DNA of 64,000 bases from Chloroflexota bacterium (GCA_016194865.1 JACQAT010000020.1:12902-76901); one strand, 5' to 3'. Positions 49,616-57,889 are shown, counted from the first letter of the stretch. Translations and numbers: made by a program. The notes: a model not told the origin generated them from the sequence alone.

Positions 49616-50029
49616 ATGCTGGCACTGACTCGGCTGCTGGCCCCGCGCCTGACCGCCCACGCGCACTGCGACGTCCCCTGCGGCATCTACGACCCGAGCA
49701 CCGCGAAGATCGCGGCCGACACGGTCGCGAAGATGGTCGAGAAGATCACGGCCATCGACCCGAAGAACAACGCAGACCGGAATACGTTGGTCCGTTGCAT
49801 CCAGGTCAAGGAGGAGCACGCGCAGATCTGCAAGAAGGAGCTGCTCATCCTCTGGAGCGACTACTTCAAGCCCGAGCACCTCGAGAAGTACCCGAAGCTG
49901 CACGACACGTTCTGGAAGGCGGCCAAGCTCTGCTCGAAGAACAAGCAGAACGTGGACGCGCAGGCCGCCGCGGACCTCCAGGCCGCCGTGAAGGAGATCA
50001 GCGACATCTTCTGGGCGACCAAGAAATAG
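49616..50029 (+). CDS. sodN: Nickel superoxide dismutase precursor
   Basis: GGGAGGA SD. The 14-aa leader MLALTRLLAPRLTA-HA is followed by the Ni-hook HCDVPCGIYDP. LWSDYFKPEHLEKYP and IFWATKK match Streptomyces SodN as I recall it. Confidence 0.95.
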   Translation: MLALTRLLAPRLTAHAHCDVPCGIYDPSTAKIAADTVAKMVEKITAIDPKNNADRNTLVRCIQVKEEHAQICKKELLILWSDYFKPEHLEKYPKLHDTFWKAAKLCSKNKQNVDAQAAADLQAAVKEISDIFWATKK

Positions 50030-50346
50030 CCTTCGGGCTGCGACGCGTCGCGGTCTCCGGCGGAAGCATGGAGCCCGTCCTGCGGGACGGTGACTGGCTG
50101 GTGGTCGCCGCGCTGCGGCGGCCGCCACGCGCCGGGGAGCTCGTGGTGCTGGACGACCCGCTCGCGCCAGGACGCCTCCTGGTGAAGCGCGTGCGGGACG
50201 TCACGACCTCGGGGGTGCGCGTCGGCAGCGATGCGAGCGAGCACGCCGGCCATCTGGCCGAGCGTGGCGTCATTCCGCTGAGCCTGGTCCACGGACGGCC
50301 CGTGCTGCGCTACGCGCCGCTCGCCCGCGTCGGCATTCCCCGTTGA
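50011..50346 (+). CDS. sodX: NiSOD maturation protease SodX (S26/S24 signal-peptidase-like); start non-canonical or unresolved
   Basis: FGLRRVAVSGGSMEPVLRDGDWLVV...LLVKRV corresponds to SodX FGLAEVTGPSMVPTL. The only ATG/GTG/TTG upstream of the catalytic Ser is ATG 49795, which would overlap about half of sodN out of frame. CTG 50011 or ATA 50026 fit better. Confidence 0.8.
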   Translation: MGDQEIAFGLRRVAVSGGSMEPVLRDGDWLVVAALRRPPRAGELVVLDDPLAPGRLLVKRVRDVTTSGVRVGSDASEHAGHLAERGVIPLSLVHGRPVLRYAPLARVGIPR

Positions 50347-50352
50347 CGCTTC

Positions 50353-50358
50353 TATCCT
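50353..50358 (+). promoter_or_regulatory. -10-like hexamer TATCCT, 6 nt upstream of the yggX ATG (leaderless geometry)
   Basis: TATCCT-GAGGAC-ATG. Confidence 0.4.
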
Positions 50359-50364
50359 GAGGAC

Positions 50365-50598
50365 ATGGGGATCGTGACCTGCGTCCGCTGCTCGCAGACG
50401 CGCGAGGGAGCGGGCAAGGTGGGGCTTCCTGGCACGCTGGGTGCAGAGGTCGAAGAGCGCGTCTGCTCCGTCTGCTGGGCCGAGTGGGTGCAAACGCAGA
50501 TCAAGGTCATCAACCACTACGGGCTCAAACCGGTTCTCAGGGAGGACCGCGAGAAGCTGTACGGCTTCACGCGGGAGTTCCTGAACCTGGCGTCATAG
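50365..50598 (+). CDS. yggX: YggX-family Fe(2+)-trafficking / oxidative-damage protection protein
   Basis: 77 aa. The pattern C..C...(E/R)G...PG.LG..V...V....W.EW...Q...IN...L......R..L......FL matches E. coli YggX. Confidence 0.8.
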   Translation: MGIVTCVRCSQTREGAGKVGLPGTLGAEVEERVCSVCWAEWVQTQIKVINHYGLKPVLREDREKLYGFTREFLNLAS

Positions 50599-50623
50599 CA
50601 TCCGCCGGCGAGGAGGAAGTCGA

Positions 50624-51442
50624 GTGGACGAGCGGACGGGTCTCGCGGTCGCGGCAGACGCCACCGGCGCCACGGACGATGGCGTCTACGTCTACTGCAT
50701 CATCGAATCGACCGAGCCACGCAGCTTCGGCAACATCGGCATCGGCGGCCGATCGGATTCCGTCTACACCGTCCACGACCGCGACCTCGCCGCGGTCGTG
50801 AGCCGCGCCCCGCTCCAGGTCTACGACCCGACCCGCGAGAACGCGCTCACCCATGAGCACGTCAACGAGGTCGTCATGATCGACAACGGCTTCACGCCGG
50901 TCCCGATGAGCTTCGGCACGCTGTTCAAGACCGAGTCGGACACCATCGAGTTCCTCAAGGACACGTACGACGCGCTGCGCGACGTGCTCCAGAAGATGAA
51001 GGACAAGCTCGAGTTCGGGCTCAAGGTGAACTGGGATCGCGAGGAGGTCCTCGCGGAGATCGAGCGGGAGAACGAGGAGATCCGGCGGCTCAAGGACGAG
51101 ATCGTCAACAACCAGCACGCGTCCACCTACTTCGCGCGGATGCAGCTCGGCCGGCTCGTCGAGCAGGCGCTCGCGAACAAGTCCGACGCCTACGTGCGCG
51201 ACATCTACGACCATCTCGCCGACGCGGCCATCGCGTCGCGCTCGAACAAGGTCATCGGCGACAAGATGATCATGAACGCCGCGTTCCTCGTCGCCCGCGA
51301 GAGCGCGGACGCGTTCGACGGCAAGGTCCACGAGATCGGCAAGAAGTACGAGGGCAAGCTCGCGTTCCGTTACACGGGCCCCTGGCCTCCGTACAACTTC
51401 GTGACCATCCGCCTCCAGCTCGAGCGCTCCGCGGGGGTCTGA
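50624..51442 (+). CDS. gvpF: Gas vesicle protein GvpF/GvpL family (copy 1)
   Basis: GAGGAGGAAG SD with a GTG start. 272 aa. YVYCII, DLAAVVS, PMSFGTLF and C-terminal YTGPWPPYNF motifs. Confidence 0.9.
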   Translation: MDERTGLAVAADATGATDDGVYVYCIIESTEPRSFGNIGIGGRSDSVYTVHDRDLAAVVSRAPLQVYDPTRENALTHEHVNEVVMIDNGFTPVPMSFGTLFKTESDTIEFLKDTYDALRDVLQKMKDKLEFGLKVNWDREEVLAEIERENEEIRRLKDEIVNNQHASTYFARMQLGRLVEQALANKSDAYVRDIYDHLADAAIASRSNKVIGDKMIMNAAFLVARESADAFDGKVHEIGKKYEGKLAFRYTGPWPPYNFVTIRLQLERSAGV

Positions 51443-51446
51443 CCCC

Positions 51447-51776
51447 GTGTTCGGGCTGGGGAAGCTCCTGATGCTGCCGTACTCGTTGCCCGCCGCGGGC
51501 ATCAAGTACTGCTTCGAAAAGGTGCTCGAGGTGGCCGAGGCCGAATATATGAACGAGGACGCCGTCAAAGAGCGGCTGCTGCTCCTACAGCTCCAGCTCG
51601 AGGAGGGCCAGATCGACGAGATGGAGTACCGCGCCCAGGAGGCGCCGATCCTCGTGCAGATGCGTGAGATCCGCGAGTACCGCAAGCGTCAGATCGAGGC
51701 CGAGATGGCCGAGCGGCTGGCGGCGAATACCGAGGGCAAGAGGGTCGTGATCGAGACGCCGGACGAGCTTTCGTGA
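51447..51776 (+). CDS. gvpG: Gas vesicle protein GvpG
   Basis: 109 aa. An N-terminal amphipathic LPAAGIKYCFEKVLEVAEAE is followed by LLLLQLQLEEGQIDEMEYRAQEAPIL, a typical GvpG coiled coil. Confidence 0.8.
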   Translation: MFGLGKLLMLPYSLPAAGIKYCFEKVLEVAEAEYMNEDAVKERLLLLQLQLEEGQIDEMEYRAQEAPILVQMREIREYRKRQIEAEMAERLAANTEGKRVVIETPDELS

Positions 51777-52561
51777 GCGGCCTGCTGTACGTGTACGCGG
51801 TCGCGGGTCCAGGCGCCGTGCAGTGGCTCGAGCGGCATCAGCTCGAGGGCATCGGTGGGGCGCGCGTTCGCGGCGTCACTGCCGACGCGGTCATCGGCGC
51901 GGTGAGCGAGGTCCCCGCAGCGGAGTTCGATCAGGAGCCGCTCGATCGCAACGTGGCGGACGCGACCTGGCTCGGCCCGCGCGCCGCGTCGCATCAGGAG
52001 GTCAACGCGCGACTGCTGGATGGGCTCGGTGCGGTCCTGCCGCTCGCGTTCGGCACGATCTTCCGCAGCGAGGACCGCGTGCGTTCTGCCTTGCGCGAGC
52101 GCGGCCCCGAGCTCGCGACGGCACTGGCCGCCGTGGCGGGACGCGCCGAGTGGGTCATCACGCTCGATCGCGACGACCGGGTGGCGGGGGAGTCGCTCGA
52201 CGCCGAGCCCGAGCTGCGGGAGCTGCGGGGGGCCGCGGGGGCGAGCGCGCCGGGCCGCGCGTATCTGCTGCGGACGAAGCTGGACAACGCGCGCCGCGAC
52301 GCCAGGCGGCGCGTCGAGGATGACGCGCGCGCGGCGCTTCGCGCGGCGACCGAGACCGTGGCGGAGGAGCTCACCGACGAGCCGCTCGTGGAAGGCGGCC
52401 CGGTCGCGCGCGCCACCGCGCTCGTCCCGCGGGACCACGAGGGGGCGCTGCGCCGGGCGACCGAGGGCTTCAACAAAGTGTGGTCGCCTCGTGGCTACGC
52501 GGCACGCGTAGCGGGTCCCTGGCCCGCCTACCGCTACGGCGCGAAGGTCGGGTCGTTGTGA
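51773..52561 (+). CDS. gvpL: Gas vesicle protein GvpF/GvpL family (copy 2)
   Basis: GTGA overlap. 262 aa. LLYVYAV, LPLAFGTIF and C-terminal VAGPWPAYRY motifs. Confidence 0.85.
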   Translation: MSGLLYVYAVAGPGAVQWLERHQLEGIGGARVRGVTADAVIGAVSEVPAAEFDQEPLDRNVADATWLGPRAASHQEVNARLLDGLGAVLPLAFGTIFRSEDRVRSALRERGPELATALAAVAGRAEWVITLDRDDRVAGESLDAEPELRELRGAAGASAPGRAYLLRTKLDNARRDARRRVEDDARAALRAATETVAEELTDEPLVEGGPVARATALVPRDHEGALRRATEGFNKVWSPRGYAARVAGPWPAYRYGAKVGSL

Positions 52562-52737
52562 TCGATCGCTCCGCAGGCATGAGCCTTCTCGAGCTGACGG
52601 ATCGGCTGCTGAACCGCGGCGTGGTGCTCACGGGCGAGGCCACGATCTCCGTTGCCGGCGTCGACCTGATCTACCTCGGGCTCAACCTCGTCCTCACCGC
52701 GGTCGAGACGATGTCCGAGAAGCAGAAGACCGCGTGA
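52558..52737 (+). CDS. gvpS: Small GvpA-family gas vesicle protein (GvpS/GvpM-like)
   Basis: GTGA overlap. 59 aa. LLELTDRLLNRGVVLTGEATISVAGVDLIYLGLNLVLTAVETM is the GvpA/J/M core. Confidence 0.8.
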   Translation: MIDRSAGMSLLELTDRLLNRGVVLTGEATISVAGVDLIYLGLNLVLTAVETMSEKQKTA

Positions 52738-53411
52738 GCCTCCTCATCCACGCCATCAGCGCGTCGCCTTGCGACGAGCCGCCGCGCGGCCTTGCTGGCG
52801 TGCCGCTCGTCTGGGTCCCCGCGGGCGAGCTCGGGCTCTGGGCATCGCCCAGCGAAGGTCCGCTCGACCGGGAGCTGGTGTTCGACCACCACCGGATCGT
52901 CGAGCAGCTCTGCGCGCGGACGGCGTGTCTCCCGGTGCGCTTCGGTCAGCGCGTCGAGGACGAAGACGTCGCGCGAGAGCGGCTCGCCGCCCGCGCCGGC
53001 GAGCTGGGCGCGACGCTGCGCCGCATCGGTGGCCGGCAGGAGATCGCGATCACGCTGCTCTGGCAGTGCTCGCCGGTGATCGAGGGACGCGGTCATCGCG
53101 TGCAGGCGAGCACCCCGGGCCGGCGATTCCTCGAGACGCGCGGGCAGGCCTTTGCCGACGAGGACGGGCGGCGCGCGGCGGCCGAGGCGCTCGCGGAACG
53201 GCTTGTCAGGGAGCTGGCGGTCGACCAAGCGGACGTTCGGCACGCAATTTGCCCTGCACCCGACCTTGCGCTTTCGTCATCGCTGCTGGCCGTGCCGGGT
53301 GCGGCCGAGCAAGCCAAGGAGGACGCGGTGCGTGTGACGGCGACGCTCGAAGGTGTCCGTGCGGTCGTGAGCGGCCCCTGGCCGCCATACACGTTCGCGG
53401 AGACGGCATGA
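52734..53411 (+). CDS. Gas vesicle protein GvpF/GvpL family (copy 3, short)
   Basis: GTGA overlap. 225 aa. LIHAIS, LPVRFGQRV and C-terminal VSGPWPPYTF motifs. Confidence 0.8.
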   Translation: MSLLIHAISASPCDEPPRGLAGVPLVWVPAGELGLWASPSEGPLDRELVFDHHRIVEQLCARTACLPVRFGQRVEDEDVARERLAARAGELGATLRRIGGRQEIAITLLWQCSPVIEGRGHRVQASTPGRRFLETRGQAFADEDGRRAAAEALAERLVRELAVDQADVRHAICPAPDLALSSSLLAVPGAAEQAKEDAVRVTATLEGVRAVVSGPWPPYTFAETA

Positions 53412-53707
53412 GCGCTTCGCGCGCGGATCTGGCCGATCTCCTGCCGGAGAAGATCGACATCGACCCCGAGCGCGTCGAGCAGGGCCTCGCCCAGCTCGTC
53501 CTGACGCTCGTCGAGTTCCTGCGGCAGCTGCTCGAGCGTCAGGCGGTCCGGCGCATGGAGGGAGGGAGCTTGAGCGAGGACGAGGTCGAGCGAATGGGCA
53601 TCGCGCTCATGCGACTGGAGGAAAAAGTGGAGGAGCTCGCGAAACAGTTCGGGCTCACCAAGGAGGATCTGAATCTGGATCTGAAGCCATTGGGGAAGCT
53701 GCTGTGA
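53408..53707 (+). CDS. gvpK: Gas vesicle protein GvpK
   Basis: ATGA overlap. 99 aa. IDIDPERVEQGLAQLVLTLVEFLRQLLERQAVRRME is the GvpK signature. Confidence 0.85.
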   Translation: MSASRADLADLLPEKIDIDPERVEQGLAQLVLTLVEFLRQLLERQAVRRMEGGSLSEDEVERMGIALMRLEEKVEELAKQFGLTKEDLNLDLKPLGKLL

Positions 53708-54033
53708 TGGATCGCCGACCCGGGATGCAGCACGAGAGCACGAGCATCATCGACATCCTCGATCGCGTCCTCGATAAGGGCCTGGTCGTGGCGGGCGACA
53801 TCAGCATCTCGCTCGCGAACGTCGAGCTGCTGACGATCCGCATCCGACTGCTGGTCTGCTCCATCGACAAGGCGGAGCAGATCGGGCTCAACTGGTGGCG
53901 TTACGACCGCAATCTCGTACGGCCAACGCATGGCGGGGGACAGCTCGATACGGGTGAGGTGCAGCGGCTCGAGAGCCGCATCGCCGAGCTCGAGCGCGAG
54001 CTCGCGCGCACCAAAACGGCGAAAAAGGGGTAG
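53704..54033 (+). CDS. gvpJ: Gas vesicle protein GvpJ
   Basis: 109 aa. IIDILDRVLDKGLVVAGDISISLANVELLTIRIRLLVCSIDKAEQIGL followed by a C-terminal coiled coil. Confidence 0.9.
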   Translation: MMDRRPGMQHESTSIIDILDRVLDKGLVVAGDISISLANVELLTIRIRLLVCSIDKAEQIGLNWWRYDRNLVRPTHGGGQLDTGEVQRLESRIAELERELARTKTAKKG

Positions 54034-54039
54034 AGCGGC

Positions 54040-54333
54040 ATGCCAGTAGAACGCGCAGCAGGTGGCACCAGTCTCATCGATGTCCTGGATCGGATTCTCG
54101 ACAAAGGCATCGTCATCGATGCCTGGGTCCGCATCTCCCTCGTCGGGATCGACCTGATCACCGTCGAGGCCCGCGTCGTCGTCGCCTCCATCGACACGTA
54201 CCTGCGCTACGCGGAAGCCCTCGGCATCACCTCCACGGTCGCGCGTCCCGCCTCGGGCGCGGCCCGCGAGCTCGGTGGTGGCGAGTCGGGTGCTCCCTTG
54301 AGCGAGAGCAGGGCTCGGACACGAGCCGAGTAG
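54040..54333 (+). CDS. gvpA: Major gas vesicle structural protein GvpA (with a ~30-aa C-terminal extension)
   Basis: 97 aa. [52 protein letters not shown] is the canonical GvpA core. Confidence 0.95.
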   Translation: MPVERAAGGTSLIDVLDRILDKGIVIDAWVRISLVGIDLITVEARVVVASIDTYLRYAEALGITSTVARPASGAARELGGGESGAPLSESRARTRAE

Positions 54334-54403
54334 GTGGTCGTGCCTCGCTTCGCTCAGCTCGACCGTCCTGCTCCGCCGGGCTTCGCCCGGACGTGGTAGC
54401 CGC

Positions 54404-56467
54404 TTGAGCGACCTTCTCGAGCTTCTCGAGCAGCGGACATCCGCGCGCGAGTCGGGTGAGATCCCGGCCGCGCTCGGGCCGATGCTCGAGGAGCTCAGCC
54501 GCGCGTTCGCGTGCGACCGCGCGCTGATCGCGCTGTACCACCCGGACCGGCAGCTTCTCTCGGGCAGCCTCGGACGCAATATCCCGCGCGACTACGCGGA
54601 AGCGCTCGAGATCCCCCTCAGCGACGCGACCGACCCCAGCGTCACGGCCTTCCGGAGCGGCGTCCCGCAGCGCGTCGAGGACGCCGCGACCGACCCACGG
54701 ATCCGCCAGCACATCCGGGAGGTGCTCGTCGAGCTTGCGCTCGAGCGATTCCTGGTCGCGCCGCTCCTCGGCGCGTCCGAGGCCGTCGGCGTCGTGCTGC
54801 TCTCGCGAGCAGCTCCGTTCAGCGAGAGTGACGTCGACGCGCTCATGCCGCTCACCAATCGCGCCGGCGCCGAGCTCGCCCGCGCGCGCGACGTCGAGCG
54901 GCTCCGCGACACGAGCGAATCCACAGCGATCCAGCAGGGCTGGCTCTGGCTCATGATCAACTCCGTCGCCGACCCGGTGCTCGTGTCGGACGAGCAGAAC
55001 GAGATCATCCTGCAGAACAGGCGCGCCGAGCTGCTCTTCCGCGTCAACCCGGAGGACAGCCCCGGCCGCAAGCACGCGGTCACGATGAACAACTTCCTGT
55101 TCACGGCGGCGCTGTCCACGTGGAATCTGCAGCGCGGCGAACGATCGCCAACGCGCGAGCTGACGCTCGTCGATCCGACCGAGGGCTCGGAGCTCAGCTT
55201 CGAGGTCATCGCGCAGCCGGCGACGAACTACCGGCTCGGCGCGGGCGGCCGCGGCATGGTCGCGGTGCTGAAGAACGTCACCGACCTTCGCAACGTGACC
55301 GAGGAGCTCAGCCGCAACGTCCTCCGTCTCCAGTCCGCGGACCAGGAGATCCGGACCGAGCGCGACCGCCTCGATCTCATCCTGCGGAGCGTGCCGAACC
55401 CGATCATCGTCATCGACAACGACAACCAGATCATCACGACCAACGAGGCGGCGCAGCGCGTCTTCGGCGGTGAGAAGCGGCCGCTGGCCGAAGGCCGCGC
55501 CGCGGAGACCGCGCTGCGCAACAACGCGAAGTTCACGTCGTTCCTCGCGCAGCTTCGCCTCGATCCGGCGACGCGGAAGGCCGGCGAGCTCGCGCTCATC
55601 GATCCGACCACTTCGGAGGCCCTCGAGATGGTCGTGACGGCGACGGAGATCCAGGATCAGCTGGGAGCCGTCGTCGCCGTGGTCGCGGTGCTCCAGGATG
55701 TCGGCCGGCTCCGCGAGCTCGAGCGCCGCCGCCTCGAGCAGGCGCTCTTCGAATCCGAGAAGCTCGCGGCGACCGGCCGTCTCGCCGCGTCGATCGCGCA
55801 CGAGATCAACAACCCGCTCGAGGCGATCCAGAACTCGCTGTATCTGCTGGTGAACAAGGTCCCGAACGACGACCCGAACTACAAGTTCCTCGAGATCGCG
55901 ATGAAAGAGACCCAGCGGATGTCGCGGATCCTGCGACAGATGCTCGGGTTCTACCGGCCGGCCGCGTCGATGGGGCCCACGGATGTCAACGCGCTCATCG
56001 ATGAGGCGGAGGCGCTCGTCGTGAAGCGCCTGCGGGATCGCAAGATCGGACTCCGCAAGTCGCTGGACGGCGCGCTGCCGCCGATCCAGGCTTCGGCCGA
56101 TCAGCTCAAGCAGGTGATCCTCAACCTGCTCCTCAACGCCGCCGAGGCGATGGGGGAGGGCGGCACGATCGACCTCGAGACACGCGTCTACCGCGACGCG
56201 AGGGCTCCGTTCCTTCGCGCCGAAGCCGTGCAGATCCTGATCAGGGACACGGGCGCGGGCATCGACGAGGAGCACATGCCGCACATCTTCGAGCCCTTCT
56301 TCTCCACGAAGGGCGAGCGCGGCACCGGCCTCGGGCTCTGGGTGTCGTCCGGCATCGTGCAGGCGCATGGCGGCACGCTCCAGGTGCGCAGCAGGCCCGG
56401 CATCGGGACCACGTTCAGCATCACCCTGCCGATCGCGGGGCCGCCGAGCGATGCCGATGGCCGGTGA
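54404..56467 (+). CDS. Cytoplasmic sensor histidine kinase (GAF-PAS-PAS-HisKA-HATPase)
   Basis: 687 aa with a TTG start and no TM segment. H-box SIAHEINNPL, N-box LLLNAAEAM, and G-boxes DTGAGI and GTGLGL. Confidence 0.85.
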   Translation: MSDLLELLEQRTSARESGEIPAALGPMLEELSRAFACDRALIALYHPDRQLLSGSLGRNIPRDYAEALEIPLSDATDPSVTAFRSGVPQRVEDAATDPRIRQHIREVLVELALERFLVAPLLGASEAVGVVLLSRAAPFSESDVDALMPLTNRAGAELARARDVERLRDTSESTAIQQGWLWLMINSVADPVLVSDEQNEIILQNRRAELLFRVNPEDSPGRKHAVTMNNFLFTAALSTWNLQRGERSPTRELTLVDPTEGSELSFEVIAQPATNYRLGAGGRGMVAVLKNVTDLRNVTEELSRNVLRLQSADQEIRTERDRLDLILRSVPNPIIVIDNDNQIITTNEAAQRVFGGEKRPLAEGRAAETALRNNAKFTSFLAQLRLDPATRKAGELALIDPTTSEALEMVVTATEIQDQLGAVVAVVAVLQDVGRLRELERRRLEQALFESEKLAATGRLAASIAHEINNPLEAIQNSLYLLVNKVPNDDPNYKFLEIAMKETQRMSRILRQMLGFYRPAASMGPTDVNALIDEAEALVVKRLRDRKIGLRKSLDGALPPIQASADQLKQVILNLLLNAAEAMGEGGTIDLETRVYRDARAPFLRAEAVQILIRDTGAGIDEEHMPHIFEPFFSTKGERGTGLGLWVSSGIVQAHGGTLQVRSRPGIGTTFSITLPIAGPPSDADGR

Positions 56468-57740
56468 CCGGATCCTCGTCGTCGACGACGAGGAGAGCGT
56501 CGCGGTGACCATGCAGGCCATCCTCGAAATGGACGGTTACGACGTCATGACCGCGCTCAGCGGGTCCGAGGCGGGGGAGCTCATCCGCGGCGGCGGCGAG
56601 TTCGACCTTGTGCTCACGGACCTTCGCCTCGAGGATGCCGACGGGCTGCAGATCATCCAGGAGGTGCGCAAACGCAGCCCCGACACGATCTCGATCATCC
56701 TGACGGGCTACGCCTCGCTCGACTCGGCGGTGAACGCGCTGCGCGAGGGCGCGTACGACTATCTCGTCAAGCCCTGCGATGTCGAGGAGCTGCGCGCCAC
56801 GGTCTCGCGCGCGCTGGAGCGGCGGCGGTTGGGACAGCAGCTTCGCCAGCGTCTCGGCGAGCTCGAGCAAGCGAACGAGACGATCAGCGCGCTCAACGCG
56901 GACCTCCAGCGGCGCGTCGACGCGGCCACCGCCGAGCTGCGCGGGAACCTCGAGCGTCTCACGGAGCTCGACCGATTGAAGTCACAGTTCATGTCGATCG
57001 CGTCGCACGAGCTCAAGACGCCTGTCACCGCGATGTCCGGCTTCCTGCAGATCGCGCTCCGCCGGATGCGCAAGCGCCTCGACGCCGGCGGCCGCCCCGG
57101 CGACGACTGGCAGGGGGAGCAGAAGGCCATCGCCGGGCAGCTCGAGGTCGTGCACCGCCAGACCGAGAAGCTCGCGCGCCTGATCGACGAGCTCCTCGAC
57201 GTCTCCCGCATCCAGAGCGGGCGCGTCGAGTTCCATCTCCAGGAGATGGACGTCACCGCGCTCGTCGCCGAGGTCGTGGAGCGCATGCAGACGGCCAATC
57301 CAGCCCGCGAGATCCGCCTCGCCAAGAGCACCGCGCTGCCGATCACCGCCGATCGCGACCACCTCGAGCAGGTGCTCAACAACCTCATCGCCAACGCGAT
57401 CAAGTACTCGCCCGACGGCGGGCCGGTCGAGGTCGCGGTGCGCAAGGCCGACGGCGGCGCCGCGGTGTCGGTCACGGATCACGGCATCGGCATCCCCGCG
57501 GAGGAGCTCGAGAAGATCTTCGGCGTGTTCTATCGCTCGCCCGACCGCCGTGCGCGCGACGTCGGTGGGATGGGGTTGGGCCTCTACATCAGCAAAGAGA
57601 TCGTCGATCGCCATGGTGGCGACCTGATCGTCGAGAGCACGCCCGGCAAAGGTTCGACGTTCACGATGAAGCTGCCGCGCAGGGCGATCACCGATCACGC
57701 GCAGCTCACGTCACCGGAGCCCGCCGCCGCCGCGCGATAG
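56451..57740 (+). CDS. Hybrid response-regulator receiver / histidine kinase (REC-HisKA-HATPase)
   Basis: Overlaps the upstream kinase by 17 nt. REC domain (ILVVDDEE..DLVLTDLRL..KP) followed by H-box SIASHELKTP, N-box NAIKYSP and DHGIGIP..GMGLGL. Confidence 0.85.
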   Translation: MPMAGDRILVVDDEESVAVTMQAILEMDGYDVMTALSGSEAGELIRGGGEFDLVLTDLRLEDADGLQIIQEVRKRSPDTISIILTGYASLDSAVNALREGAYDYLVKPCDVEELRATVSRALERRRLGQQLRQRLGELEQANETISALNADLQRRVDAATAELRGNLERLTELDRLKSQFMSIASHELKTPVTAMSGFLQIALRRMRKRLDAGGRPGDDWQGEQKAIAGQLEVVHRQTEKLARLIDELLDVSRIQSGRVEFHLQEMDVTALVAEVVERMQTANPAREIRLAKSTALPITADRDHLEQVLNNLIANAIKYSPDGGPVEVAVRKADGGAAVSVTDHGIGIPAEELEKIFGVFYRSPDRRARDVGGMGLGLYISKEIVDRHGGDLIVESTPGKGSTFTMKLPRRAITDHAQLTSPEPAAAAR

Positions 57741-57803
57741 CCGATGCCCCGGGCCCCTCGACGCGCTTGGCAACGGAGCTGTAGTTTCCTAGGTTACTAG
57801 CTG

Positions 57804-57877
57804 TCGGGGTGGAGGGATTTGAACCCTCAACCTCCTGAACCCCATTCAGGCACGCTGCCAGGTTGCGCCACACCCCG
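57804..57877 (-). tRNA. tRNA-Pro (anticodon GGG)
   Basis: The reverse complement folds as a cloverleaf. Acceptor CGGGGTG/CACCCCG; D arm GCGC..GCGT; anticodon stem CCTGA/TCAGG with loop AT-GGG-GT; T arm GAGGG-TTCAAAT-CCCTC. Discriminator is A and CCA is not encoded. Confidence 0.9.
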
Positions 57878-57889
57878 ATCTCGCTCTGT

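Noticed and set aside
49795-50010. ATG 49795 as the sodX start
   Set aside because: It would translate about 72 codons out of frame across sodN, giving Arg/Gly-rich sequence with no similarity to SodX. A near-cognate start close to the sodN stop is more plausible, although unproven.
50343-50348. TTGACG as a -35 element for the yggX promoter
   Set aside because: It lies only 4 nt upstream of the TATCCT hexamer, whereas about 17 nt is expected. It is also part of the sodX stop region.
54376-54390. Hairpin CCGGGC-TTC-GCCCGG after gvpA as a terminator
   Set aside because: The stem is only 6 bp with no U-tract. It is mentioned under the kinase finding but is too weak to annotate as a feature.
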